Positions 28,257 to 38,140 of a stretch of 64,000 bases of DNA are shown here, one piece after another. Below the pieces are notes generated by a model, which did not search any database, was not told the DNA's origin, and saw only the letters and a program-made list of their open reading frames with translations. Source of the stretch: an uncultured Eubacteriales bacterium (GTDB lineage: Bacteria > Bacillota > Clostridia > Lachnospirales > CAZQDT01); the NCBI GenBank assembly GCA_964638835.1, contig CAZWZB010000014.1, positions 18,258 to 82,257 on the forward strand, given 5' to 3'. The position numbers were made by a program, and so were the translations under genes. The number at the start of each line of letters is the position of its first letter. Position 1 is the stretch's first letter.

Positions 28257-29114
28257 TTATTCTAAAAGACTCACTTTATATGATACTATTATGGAAATAA
28301 AAAAGAATACTACTCCTAATATAGGTTGAGAATTATAATTTAAAGGCGGTATTATACTTGGTATAGAACCAACTACAAAACCAATAATAGCACAATATGT
28401 TTCTGTATAATATTTTTTTAAAAGGTAATTCATAAGTTTTGAAAATAATATAGAACCAATTATTAGTCCAATTCCAATAGGAATTATAACAATTACATTA
28501 TAAATTAAATAATCAATATTGTTTATATATGAATCAATTAAAAATAAATTTTTTAAATTTGCTATAGCATTTAACATTATGCCATAAGAACCTAAAAGTA
28601 TTAGAATAACTGTTCCACTAATTCCCGGTATAATATGTGAACCAGCCATAATAAATCCAATAAGAAAAAGATTTAATATAGTAGAGAAATTTAATGTTAA
28701 TATTTTATTTTCTACATCAAATTCAGGTTCTCCAATAAAGGATATAAATAAACCTATTAATAGTGTAATTAAAAAAATAAAAATGTAAGATTTAGTAACT
28801 CTATTAATATTAGCTTTCTTAAATAATATTGGTACTGTACCTATTATAAGCCCTATTATTATCAACATAGTTTCAAATGGATATTTGTCTAATAATATTT
28901 TTTGAACATTACTAAATAATATAAAACCAATTGCTATACCAAACAATAATGGAGTTAAAAAAACTGTATTCTTTTTTATGTCTTTAAAAAAATCACCAAC
29001 AGCATTAACCATATCTTCATATAACCCAAATATCATTGCTATAACAGCACCACTTAATCCCGGTATTATCCCTCCTATACCAATTAATATAGCTTTAAAG
29101 AAATTAACAATCAT
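28257..29114 (-). CDS. DUF368-family membrane protein (family recently linked to polyprenyl-phosphate recycling)
   Basis: Polytopic, with duplicated IPG(L/I)SG motifs (GGIIPGLSGAV and HIIPGISGTV). Start trimmed to the ATG after GGAGG. Confidence 0.75.
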   Translation of the reverse strand: MIVNFFKAILIGIGGIIPGLSGAVIAMIFGLYEDMVNAVGDFFKDIKKNTVFLTPLLFGIAIGFILFSNVQKILLDKYPFETMLIIIGLIIGTVPILFKKANINRVTKSYIFIFLITLLIGLFISFIGEPEFDVENKILTLNFSTILNLFLIGFIMAGSHIIPGISGTVILILLGSYGIMLNAIANLKNLFLIDSYINNIDYLIYNVIVIIPIGIGLIIGSILFSKLMNYLLKKYYTETYCAIIGFVVGSIPSIIPPLNYNSQPILGVVFFFISIIVSYKVSLLE

Positions 29115-29385
29115 AAAAACCTCCATAAAAGTCATGTACAATTGTTAATAATATATGCAAAACTAAAAATTTAATTACTTACAAAAAAATATAATTATAT
29201 AAATTTTTTATTTAGTGTCAATAATAACGGACTAGCATACAATGATTAGTACAAGCAATTATTTAAACTATAATTATATAAAGTGTATAAGCTTGTTTAA
29301 GTAAGGCAAAAATTTATGTAGAGTTAATTTGTTGATTCTATATAAAGTAGTAAACTATTTAAATTAAATATCGGAGGGATTATAT

Positions 29386-29688
29386 ATGAAAGAAGATAAT
29401 AAAAAAGTTATAATGGTTGATGGAAAACGTTCTGAATGGTATGAAAAAGCTATATTTATAATGAGAAGTGATATAAATACAGATAATAAACCTATTGATT
29501 TTGTAAATGAAGCTGAAAAGATTATAAATTCTTATATGGTAAAAAGCACATTAAAAATCAATGAAATTAAAAACAAACAAAAATCAATTAAAGTAACCAA
29601 AAACACAAATTTAAACTTAATATTAAATATATGTTTACTATTAAGTGTTATTTTATTGGGTATAACAGTATATAGATTTTTTGTCTAA
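29386..29688 (+). CDS. Hypothetical protein with C-terminal TM anchor
   Basis: 100 aa, SD GGAGGG. No motif recognised. Confidence 0.5.
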   Translation: MKEDNKKVIMVDGKRSEWYEKAIFIMRSDINTDNKPIDFVNEAEKIINSYMVKSTLKINEIKNKQKSIKVTKNTNLNLILNICLLLSVILLGITVYRFFV

Positions 29689-29760
29689 TTAAATGTTATT
29701 GCATTTTATGAAGTAATTAGTTATTATATTGTATATTCAATATTATAAAGGAGCTTACAA

Positions 29761-31146
29761 ATGTTTAAAACAGCATATCAAACTATAAAAAAATATGATA
29801 TGATACAAAAAGGGGATTGTATTATAGTTGGTATATCAGGTGGAGCAGATTCTGTTTCTTTATTGCATTTTTTATATACTATAAAGTACAAACACAATCT
29901 TAATATTATAGGAGTGCATATAAATCATGGAATAAGGGGAATAGATGCCGATTTAGATGAAAATTATGTTAAATTTTTATGTGCTAAATATGATATAATA
30001 TGTGAAGTATTTAAATGTAATATACATAAAGAAGCTGAAAAAATGAAAACTACAGAGGAAGAGGCTGGAAGAATAATAAGATATAAAATATTCAATCAAA
30101 TTTTGAAAAAATATAATGGTAATAAAATAGCTGTAGCTCATAATATGAACGACCAAGCAGAAACATTACTTATGCGTATTTGCAGAGGAACAGGTTTAAA
30201 AGGGCTTACAGGTATTTTACCAATAAGAGATAATATAATAAGGCCTCTTATTTTTTGTACAAGAGAAATCATTGAACAATATTGTTTAGTTAATGATTTA
30301 GAATATAAACAAGATTCTACAAATATTACAGATGTGTATACTAGAAATAAAATACGTCTAAATCTTATTCCTTGGATTAAAGAAAATCTTAATTCCTCAA
30401 TAATTAATACGCTTTCAAAAATGAGTTTACTACTTCAAGAAGAAGAAAATTATATAGATATTCAAACAATAGAAGCTTATAATTCCTGCTGTGAAATACA
30501 AAAAGATACAATTAATATTAATTTAAATCAATTTAAAAATTATCATATAGTAATAAAAAAAAGAGTATTAAGAATGATTTTACAAAATTTTATACTTGAC
30601 TTGAAGGATATAGAATTAATACACATAAATCAATTACTAGAACTTGCAAACAACAATACAGGCAAAAAAATAAATCTTCCTTATGGAATAATCGCAGAAA
30701 AGCAATATGATAATTTATGCTTCTACATAAAAAAAAATAAATCTACAAATTTTTGCTATGATATTAAATTAAATGATAAGATATATATAAAAGAAGCTTC
30801 TCTTTATGTAATATCAGAATTAAAATATGTAGAAAATTTTTCACAAAAACAAAATAATCTATGTACTAAAGTTTTTGATTATGATAAAATAAATGGCAAT
30901 ATTAAAATAAGAACAAGATATGCTGGTGATAGAATTTATTTAAAAGGAATAGGGAGTAAAAAACTTAAAGATTTTTTTATAGACATAAAATTACCACGGG
31001 AACAACGTGATATAGTGCCCTTATTAGCTACCTCAAATAATATACTTTGGGTACTTGGATATAGAACAAATTCACTTTATAATGTTGATGAAAATACAAG
31101 AAAAATACTTATAATAAGTTATTATTACTCAGACAAGCAAGAGTAA
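29761..31146 (+). CDS. tilS: tRNA(Ile)-lysidine synthase
   Basis: PP-loop VGISGGADS, canonical position upstream of hpt-ftsH. Confidence 0.93.
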   Translation: MFKTAYQTIKKYDMIQKGDCIIVGISGGADSVSLLHFLYTIKYKHNLNIIGVHINHGIRGIDADLDENYVKFLCAKYDIICEVFKCNIHKEAEKMKTTEEEAGRIIRYKIFNQILKKYNGNKIAVAHNMNDQAETLLMRICRGTGLKGLTGILPIRDNIIRPLIFCTREIIEQYCLVNDLEYKQDSTNITDVYTRNKIRLNLIPWIKENLNSSIINTLSKMSLLLQEEENYIDIQTIEAYNSCCEIQKDTININLNQFKNYHIVIKKRVLRMILQNFILDLKDIELIHINQLLELANNNTGKKINLPYGIIAEKQYDNLCFYIKKNKSTNFCYDIKLNDKIYIKEASLYVISELKYVENFSQKQNNLCTKVFDYDKINGNIKIRTRYAGDRIYLKGIGSKKLKDFFIDIKLPREQRDIVPLLATSNNILWVLGYRTNSLYNVDENTRKILIISYYYSDKQE

Positions 31147-31170
31147 TGAAAATATAGGAGGATAAAAATA

Positions 31171-31692
31171 ATGGAAAAAGTTGATATTTTAATTTCAGAA
31201 AGTGCTGTAAAAAAGAGAGTTCAAGAATTAGCAGATGATATAATGAGGGATTATGGTGATACAGAAATAGTACTTATATGTATTTTAAAAGGTGCAGTAA
31301 TGTTTATGGTTGATTTATCTAAAGAATTAAAAATGCCAGTAGCATTTGACTTTATGGATGTTTCAAGTTATGGTACAGAAACAAAAAGTAGTGGTATAGT
31401 AAAAATAGATAAAGATTTAGATGAATCTATAGAAGGTAAAAATGTTTTACTTGTAGAAGATATTATAGACTCTGGTAGAACACTTAGTTATTTATTAAAA
31501 GTATTAAAAGAAAGAAAACCTAAAAGTTTAAAACTTTGTACATTACTTGATAAACCTGATAGAAGAATATCTGACGTTACTGTTGATTATGTAGGATTTA
31601 GTATACCTGATGAATTTGTTGTGGGATATGGTTTAGATTATGCTCAGCGATATAGAAATTTGCCTTACATAGGGAAATTAACTTTGGAATAA
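31171..31692 (+). CDS. hpt: Hypoxanthine phosphoribosyltransferase
   Basis: 173 aa with the PRPP-binding motif LLVEDIIDSGRTL. Confidence 0.93.
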   Translation: MEKVDILISESAVKKRVQELADDIMRDYGDTEIVLICILKGAVMFMVDLSKELKMPVAFDFMDVSSYGTETKSSGIVKIDKDLDESIEGKNVLLVEDIIDSGRTLSYLLKVLKERKPKSLKLCTLLDKPDRRISDVTVDYVGFSIPDEFVVGYGLDYAQRYRNLPYIGKLTLE

Positions 31693-31840
31693 ATTTTTAA
31701 ATTATTTCTAATAAAGTTGATTTTATAAAATAGTTGTGATAGTATAATAAATTAGTATATCTTTTAGGATAGTATAATAAAAAAATTATTTGAAAGGATT
31801 TCAAATAAAGTATGTATATACTTTAAAAGGAGGAAAAGAT

Positions 31841-33766
31841 TTGAAAAAGTATATGAGTAGTATATCTCTGTATTTAATTATCTTTGCGTTTATTATTGTA
31901 GCAATACTTTTTTCAAAAAATAGTATGATGCCCAGCGTTAGACAACAAGCAGAACGATTTACGTATGATAAATTAATTACAGGTATTCAAGATGGAGAAA
32001 TTAAATCTATAAAAATACAATTAGATAAAGATGGTTTTGATGCTGCTGCTGTAATGGTTACATTACCTGATAGTACTAATAGAACAGTTATTGTTCCATC
32101 AGTAAAAAGTTTTATGGAAATAGTTAATCCAGCAGTACAAGAAGGTAGATTAAAAGTGGATAGTTTGGATATACCTAAAACCAGTTGGTTAATTGCTTTA
32201 TTACCATCAATTATAGTAATGATTATTGCAATTGTATTATTAATGTTTATTATGCAACAAACACAAGGTAGTAGTGGTGGCGGTGGAAAAGTAATGTCAT
32301 TTGGTAAAAGTAAAGCTAAAATGACAGTTGATGAAAACAATAAAGTCACTTTTGAAAATGTTGCAGGGCTTGATGAAGAAAAAGAAGAACTTAAAGAAGT
32401 AGTGGAATTTTTAAAATCTCCTAAAAAGTTTGAAGCATTAGGTGCTAAAATACCAAAAGGTGTACTTCTTGTAGGACCTCCTGGAACAGGTAAAACATTA
32501 CTTGCAAAAGCAGTTGCTGGAGAAGCAGGTGTACCATTTTTCAGTATTTCTGGTTCTGACTTTGTTGAAATGTTTGTAGGGGTTGGTGCATCACGTGTCA
32601 GAGATTTATTTGAACAAGCTAAAAAAAATTCTCCTTGTATAGTTTTTATAGATGAAATTGATGCTGTAGGACGAAAGAGAGGAGCAGGTTTAGGTGGAGG
32701 ACATGATGAGCGTGAACAAACACTAAATCAATTGCTTGTTGAAATGGATGGTTTTGGAGCAAATGAAGGAGTAATTGTAGTAGCTGCTACAAATAGACAT
32801 GATATACTAGACCCTGCATTACTTAGACCGGGTCGTTTTGATAGACATGTAGTAGTAGGAAGACCTGATGTAAAAGGTAGAGAAGAAATTTTAAAAGTTC
32901 ATGCAAAAAATAAACCAATAGCAAAAGATGTTGATTTAAAAGTAGTAGCACAAACCACATCTGGTTTTACTGGTGCAGATTTAGAAAATCTTTTAAATGA
33001 AGCTGCTCTTTTAGCAGCGAGAGAAAACAAAAAATTTATTGATATGGTTGAAATAAGAAAAGCATTTGTTAAAGTTGGAATAGGAACAGAAAAGAAAAGT
33101 CGTGTTATTTCTGAAAAAGAAAAACGTGTTACAGCATATCATGAAGCAGGTCATGCAATATTACATGAGCTATTAACTCAGCTTGATCCTGTTCATAGCA
33201 TATCTATAATACCTACTGGTATGGCAGGTGGTTATACTATGCCACTTCCTGGAGAAGATAAAATGTATTTATCTAAAGGATATATGGAACAAGAAATTGT
33301 AGCTCTTTTAGGTGGTAGAGCTGCTGAATATATTATAATAGGTGATATTACTACAGGTGCATCTAATGATATTGAGAGAGCAACAGCAACTGCAAGAAAT
33401 ATGGTAACAAAATATGGTATGAGTGACCTTTTAGGACCTATTCAATTTGGTGATGATAATGATGAAGTATTTTTAGGTAGAGATTTAGCACACACTAGAA
33501 ATTATGGTGAAGAAGTTGCAGGTAATATAGATAAAGAAATTAGAAGAATAGTTGAAACTGCTTATTTAAAATCTCAAGAATTACTTAATGAACATATACA
33601 AGTATTACATGATACAGCGAAACTTTTAATAGAAAAAGAAAAAATAACAGGAGAAGAATTTAGAGATGTATTCCCTGATAAGTCTGTATTAATACATCAT
33701 ACCAAAGAAAAAAGTATACTAGATAAAGCAACAATTGAAGAAGTAGATATACAACCAACAATTTAA
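31841..33766 (+). CDS. ftsH: ATP-dependent zinc metalloprotease FtsH
   Basis: Two TM helices, Walker [12 protein letters not shown], zinc motif HEAGHA. Start set at TTG 31841, 6 nt after AAAGGAGG; ATG 31853 is an alternative. Confidence 0.95.
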   Translation: MKKYMSSISLYLIIFAFIIVAILFSKNSMMPSVRQQAERFTYDKLITGIQDGEIKSIKIQLDKDGFDAAAVMVTLPDSTNRTVIVPSVKSFMEIVNPAVQEGRLKVDSLDIPKTSWLIALLPSIIVMIIAIVLLMFIMQQTQGSSGGGGKVMSFGKSKAKMTVDENNKVTFENVAGLDEEKEELKEVVEFLKSPKKFEALGAKIPKGVLLVGPPGTGKTLLAKAVAGEAGVPFFSISGSDFVEMFVGVGASRVRDLFEQAKKNSPCIVFIDEIDAVGRKRGAGLGGGHDEREQTLNQLLVEMDGFGANEGVIVVAATNRHDILDPALLRPGRFDRHVVVGRPDVKGREEILKVHAKNKPIAKDVDLKVVAQTTSGFTGADLENLLNEAALLAARENKKFIDMVEIRKAFVKVGIGTEKKSRVISEKEKRVTAYHEAGHAILHELLTQLDPVHSISIIPTGMAGGYTMPLPGEDKMYLSKGYMEQEIVALLGGRAAEYIIIGDITTGASNDIERATATARNMVTKYGMSDLLGPIQFGDDNDEVFLGRDLAHTRNYGEEVAGNIDKEIRRIVETAYLKSQELLNEHIQVLHDTAKLLIEKEKITGEEFRDVFPDKSVLIHHTKEKSILDKATIEEVDIQPTI

Positions 33767-33820
33767 ACTAAAGAAACTTTAAAAAATTTACTAAATATAA
33801 AAAATAATTAAATATTTTTA

Positions 33821-33955
33821 TTGCAATTTATAAGAATATATTGTATAATGAAAAAATAATTTTCCTTGAAAATTATTTTTTTTATGAGGAAAACATTTAG
33901 GATAAAGTCCTTGTTCTCTAAAAAAGAGAGCCTAAGTCCAAAAGGAGGTGTAATA
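33821..33955 (+). promoter_or_regulatory. rpsF promoter and ~100-nt structured leader (possible S6:S18 autoregulatory leader)
   Basis: TTGCAA (33821-33826), 17 nt, TATAAT (33844-33849). The leader has an A/U stem AAAATAATTTTC/GAAAATTATTTT plus a T-run, then a TCTCT/AGAGA hairpin before the SD. The assignment to the known rpsF-leader class is not verified. Confidence 0.35.
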
Positions 33956-34243
33956 ATGAACAAATATGAGTTAGGGCTTGTGTTAAGTGCAAATGTTGAT
34001 GAAGAAACTAAAGTAGCAACATTTGAAAAAGCACAAGAACTTATAACAAGATTTGGTGGTACAGTAGAAAAAGTTGATGATTGGGGTAAGCGTAAACTTG
34101 CTTACGAAATTAAAAAGCAAACTGAAGGTTATTATAGTTTTACAACCTTTACTGCAGAGCCAGCTGTTCCAGTAGAAATTGAACAACGTATACGTATTAT
34201 GGATAATGTTCTTCGTTATCTTATTATTCGTGTTGATGCTTAA
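33956..34243 (+). CDS. rpsF: 30S ribosomal protein S6
   Basis: MNKYELGLVL..., canonical rpsF-ssb-rpsR order. Start after AAAGGAGG. Confidence 0.95.
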   Translation: MNKYELGLVLSANVDEETKVATFEKAQELITRFGGTVEKVDDWGKRKLAYEIKKQTEGYYSFTTFTAEPAVPVEIEQRIRIMDNVLRYLIIRVDA

Positions 34244-34266
34244 TCTTATTAAAAGGAGTGTGTAAT

Positions 34267-34701
34267 ATGAATAAAGTAATATTAATGGGGAGACTTGTAA
34301 AAGACCCTGAAACTAGATGGACGCAAAGTGCTGAGCCATTAGCAGTTACCAAATTCACACTTGCTGTTAATAAGAAATTTAAGCGTGAAGGTGAAGCAGA
34401 TGCAGATTTTATTGCTTGCTCTGCATTTGGTAAAACGGCTGAATTCGTTGAAAAATATTTTAAAAAAGGTCAGTTAGTATCTGTAGTTGGTAGATTACAA
34501 GTTCGTTCATGGGATGACCAAAATGGTCAAAAGCATTGGAGTACAGAGGTTGTTGTAGATGAAACATATTTTGCTGAAAGCAAAACTGCTTTTGAAAGCC
34601 ATAAAACAACAGGTGATGTATCTAAACCATCGTTTAATATTCAACCTAGTGAAGGTTTTAGTCCTATAGAAAGTGTCGAAGATGATGATTTACCATTCTA
34701 A
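34267..34701 (+). CDS. ssb: Single-stranded DNA-binding protein
   Basis: OB fold MNKVILMGRLVKDPE and acidic tail DDDLPF. Confidence 0.95.
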   Translation: MNKVILMGRLVKDPETRWTQSAEPLAVTKFTLAVNKKFKREGEADADFIACSAFGKTAEFVEKYFKKGQLVSVVGRLQVRSWDDQNGQKHWSTEVVVDETYFAESKTAFESHKTTGDVSKPSFNIQPSEGFSPIESVEDDDLPF

Positions 34702-34726
34702 TTAATTACTAGAAGGAGGTTTAAAA

Positions 34727-34957
34727 ATGGTTAATAAAAAACGTGGACGTAGAAAAAAACGTGTATGTAGTTTTTGTACAGACAGTATAAAATATATAGA
34801 TTATAAAGATATTCCTAAATTAAGAAAATATATTTCTGAAAGAGGTAAAATTCTTCCTAGAAGAATTACAGGAAACTGTGCTAAACATCAACGTGCATTA
34901 ACAACAGCTATAAAAAGAGCAAGACATCTTTGTTTAATGCCATATTCACAAGATTAA
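34727..34957 (+). CDS. rpsR: 30S ribosomal protein S18
   Basis: 76 aa with CSFC...IDYKD...[18 protein letters not shown]. Confidence 0.95.
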   Translation: MVNKKRGRRKKRVCSFCTDSIKYIDYKDIPKLRKYISERGKILPRRITGNCAKHQRALTTAIKRARHLCLMPYSQD

Positions 34958-34968
34958 TAATTAAAACT

Positions 34969-34997
34969 AAACACTCTTTTGTAGGAGTGTTTTTTTA
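34969..34997 (+). terminator. Intrinsic terminator after rpsR
   Basis: AAACACTC / GAGTGTTT stem plus a T-run. Confidence 0.65.
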
Positions 34998-35184
34998 ATA
35001 CAATTTTTTGAAATCTAAATCATAATTATTAAATTACTATTAAGTTTTAAAGTTAATAATTCTTGATAAAAATTTAAGAGTATTTATCCATATGTAATTA
35101 TATATAAATTACTAATATAATTGAATTTATTATGTTTATATGTTATGCTAGAATAAATTTTTAATATTGAAGGAGATATAAACA

Positions 35185-36459
35185 ATGAAAGTTTTAATAA
35201 TAGGTAGTGGTGGTAGAGAACATACTATAGCATGGAAATTATCACAAAGCAAAAGAATAACTAAATTATATTGTGCTCCTGGAAATGCAGGTATAGAAGA
35301 AGTTGCAGAGTGTGTAAACATAGGAGCAACAGACATAACTAATCTTTTAAAATTTGCAAAAGAACAGCAAATAGATTTTACTGTTGTAGGTATGGATGAC
35401 CCATTAGTTATGGGAATAGTGGATGAATTTGAAGCAGAAGGATTAAAAATATTTGGACCTAGAAAAAATGCTGCTATATTAGAAGGAAGTAAAGCATTTT
35501 CAAAAGAGTTAATGAAAAAATATAATATACCAACAGCAAAATATGAAATATTTGAAGAATATGATAAAGCTTTAGACTACATAAAATCACAAGAAATACC
35601 TATAGTTATAAAGTCAGATGGGCTTGCACTTGGTAAAGGTGTTTTAATATGTAATACTTTAAAAGAAGCAGAAGATGGATTAAAACAAATAATGATTGAT
35701 AAAAAGTTTGGTGACTCTGGTAAAACCGTTGTTATAGAAGAATTTTTAACAGGACAAGAAATTTCTATACTTTCATTTTGTGATGGTAAAACTATAGTTC
35801 CAATGGTATCATCACAAGACCATAAAAGAGCTTTAGATAATGATGAAGGTTTGAATACTGGTGGTATGGGTACCTTTTCGCCAAGTAGAATTTATACAGA
35901 TGAATTAGCAAAAGAATGTATGGAAACTATATATAAACCTACAGTAGAAGCAATGAATAAAGAAAATAGAACATTCAAAGGTATTATATTCTTTGGACTT
36001 ATGCTTACACCAAATGGGATGAAAGTTATAGAATATAATGCACGTTTTGGTGACCCTGAAACCCAAGTTGTACTTCCAAGATTAAAAACAGATTTATTTG
36101 AAATATTTGAAGCTTGTGTTTTAGGAACATTAGATACATTAAATATAGAATGGGAAAATAATGCTGCTGCTTGTGTTATACTTGCATCTGGTGGTTATCC
36201 TGAAAGTTATAATAAAGGCTATGAAATAAAAGGACTTGATGAAATAAAGGAAAAAGAAAATATAATGGTATTTCATGCTGGTACAACTAAAAAAGATAAT
36301 AAATTTGTTACAAATGGTGGTAGAGTGGTAGGAGTAACTGGAATAGGTAAAAATTTAGATGAAGCTATAAAAGTTGCTTATGAAGGGGTTGAAGTAGTTG
36401 ATTTTGAAAAAAAACATTTTAGAAAAGATATAGGAGCTTATAGTCAACATAGTAAATAA
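35185..36459 (+). CDS. purD: Phosphoribosylamine-glycine ligase
   Basis: MKVLIIGSGGREHTIAWKL and the ATP-grasp body. Stand-alone, with no other pur genes nearby. Confidence 0.93.
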   Translation: MKVLIIGSGGREHTIAWKLSQSKRITKLYCAPGNAGIEEVAECVNIGATDITNLLKFAKEQQIDFTVVGMDDPLVMGIVDEFEAEGLKIFGPRKNAAILEGSKAFSKELMKKYNIPTAKYEIFEEYDKALDYIKSQEIPIVIKSDGLALGKGVLICNTLKEAEDGLKQIMIDKKFGDSGKTVVIEEFLTGQEISILSFCDGKTIVPMVSSQDHKRALDNDEGLNTGGMGTFSPSRIYTDELAKECMETIYKPTVEAMNKENRTFKGIIFFGLMLTPNGMKVIEYNARFGDPETQVVLPRLKTDLFEIFEACVLGTLDTLNIEWENNAAACVILASGGYPESYNKGYEIKGLDEIKEKENIMVFHAGTTKKDNKFVTNGGRVVGVTGIGKNLDEAIKVAYEGVEVVDFEKKHFRKDIGAYSQHSK

Positions 36460-36490
36460 CTAAGTTGACTGTAAATAAGGACACAAAATA

Positions 36491-36535
36491 AAAACGGGTA
36501 TGAATACACACTACATTTGTATTCATACCCGTTTT
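36491..36535 (+). terminator. Intrinsic terminator after purD
   Basis: 18-bp stem AAAACGGGTATGAATACA / TGTATTCATACCCGTTTT plus a T-run. Confidence 0.8.
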
Positions 36536-36591
36536 TATTTTCGCTAAATATAAATAATAATAATTATTATTTAATATTTAGTAAAAATTAC

Positions 36592-36620
36592 TTGCATTTA
36601 TTTATTTCATATAGTATAAT
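36592..36620 (+). promoter_or_regulatory. Candidate promoter of the rubredoxin/flavodiiron operon
   Basis: TTGCAT (36592-36597), 17 nt, TATAAT (36615-36620). Confidence 0.5.
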
Positions 36621-36675
36621 ATTTCTTGTAATAGGGAATATATATATTAAAATTTATAACATAGGAGGTTTTTTT

Positions 36676-36834
36676 ATGGATAAATATGTATGCACTGCTT
36701 GTGGTTATGTTTATGACCCTAAAAAGGGAGACCCTGATGGAGGAATAGCACCTAATACTTCTTTTGAAGATATACCAGATGATTGGGTATGCCCTGTTTG
36801 TGGACTAGGTAAAGATGCTTTTGAAAAGGAGTAA
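36676..36834 (+). CDS. Rubredoxin
   Basis: 52 aa, [11 protein letters not shown]...WVCPVCG (two CxxC pairs). Start after AGGAGG; the longer track ORF is a low-complexity extension. Confidence 0.92.
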   Translation: MDKYVCTACGYVYDPKKGDPDGGIAPNTSFEDIPDDWVCPVCGLGKDAFEKE

Positions 36835-36840
36835 TTTATT

Positions 36841-38022
36841 ATGAAACTTAAAGACAGTATCTACAGTGTAGGTGTTATTAATCCAAGTTTAAGAGTATTT
36901 GATATTATAATGAAAACTGAATTTGGAACTACTTATAATGCTTACTTAGTAAAAGGTGAAAAAGTAGCTTTAATAGAAACTGTACATGAAAACTTTTTTG
37001 ATGAATATTTAGAAAATATAAAAAGTTTAGTTGATATTAAAGATATAGCTTATATTATTTTAAATCATACAGAACCTGACCATACAGGAAGTGTTAGAAA
37101 ACTTTTAGAACTAAATCCTAATATTACTGTTATAACTACAGCACCAGGAAATAAATATATAAGTGGCATTTCTAATTTACAAATTAAATCACAAATTGTA
37201 AAAAATAATGACACTTTAGATTTAGGTGGTAAAGTTCTTAAATTTATAATAGCACCGTTTTTACATTGGCCTGATTCTATGTTCACATATATAGAAGAAG
37301 ATAAAACATTATTTTCATGTGACTTTTTAGGAGCACATTATTGTGAACCTCGTTGTATAGATAAATTTATAAGATATAAGCAAAGTTATGATACAGCATT
37401 TAAATATTATTTCGATGCTATATTTGGACCATTTAAAAATTATGTTTTAGATGGTTTAGAAAAAATTAAAGATTTAGATATAGATTTAGTATGTACTAGT
37501 CATGGTCCTGTTTTAACAGAACTTATAGAAGAAGCTAAAACAAAATATTATAACTGGTGTAAAGAAGTACTTAATACAAACAAACCAAAAAAATGTTTGA
37601 TACTTTATGTATCAGCATATGGTTATACTAAAAAATTAGCTGAGATTGCATATGAACAATTAAAATCTAATATGGATGTTGAAATAATTAATATTATAGA
37701 AGAAGATTTAGGAATAATAAAAGGAAAGCTTGAACAAGCCGATGCTTTAATGATAGGTACTCCTACTATAAACCGTGATGCATTAAAACCTGTATGGGAT
37801 GTTCTTTCTGTTACAGATGCTATTGTAAATAGAGGAAAACCTGTTGGTATATTTGGTTCTTATGGTTGGAGTGGTGAAGCTCTTCCAATGATTAAACATA
37901 GACTTGAAGGTTTAGGGCTTAAAGTAGTTTCTGATGGTGTTAAAGTTAATTTTAATCCTAATGAAGAAGATATAAATAAAATGCAAGAGTATACTAAACT
38001 ATTTGCACAAGAAATAAAATAG
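36841..38022 (+). CDS. Flavodiiron protein (rubredoxin:oxygen/NO oxidoreductase type)
   Basis: Metallo-beta-lactamase-like domain with NHTEPDHTGS, plus a C-terminal flavodoxin-like domain. Follows rubredoxin by 6 nt. Confidence 0.88.
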   Translation: MKLKDSIYSVGVINPSLRVFDIIMKTEFGTTYNAYLVKGEKVALIETVHENFFDEYLENIKSLVDIKDIAYIILNHTEPDHTGSVRKLLELNPNITVITTAPGNKYISGISNLQIKSQIVKNNDTLDLGGKVLKFIIAPFLHWPDSMFTYIEEDKTLFSCDFLGAHYCEPRCIDKFIRYKQSYDTAFKYYFDAIFGPFKNYVLDGLEKIKDLDIDLVCTSHGPVLTELIEEAKTKYYNWCKEVLNTNKPKKCLILYVSAYGYTKKLAEIAYEQLKSNMDVEIINIIEEDLGIIKGKLEQADALMIGTPTINRDALKPVWDVLSVTDAIVNRGKPVGIFGSYGWSGEALPMIKHRLEGLGLKVVSDGVKVNFNPNEEDINKMQEYTKLFAQEIK

Positions 38023-38098
38023 GAGATATTCTCCTATTTTTTATTGCATAAAAAAACTACCAGTTTGACTCGTAGTTTGATTTTTAATAATCATATAA

Positions 38099-38120
38099 GG
38101 GACGTCAAGGATGCCGTCCC
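38099..38120 (-). terminator. Hairpin downstream of the repeat-protein gene
   Basis: GGGACG / CGTCCC G+C-rich stem between convergent genes. A second hairpin, AAACTAC/GTAGTTT (38054-38078) plus a T-run, serves the plus-strand operon. Confidence 0.5.
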
Positions 38121-38140
38121 CTACATTTTATAATTAACTG

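Noticed and set aside
36553-36575. 16-nt perfect A/T palindrome AATAATAATTATTATT upstream of the rubredoxin promoter, as a PerR/Fur-type box.
   Set aside because: Pure A/T palindromes of this size are common in this genome, it does not overlap the -35/-10 elements, and the match to known boxes is only compositional.
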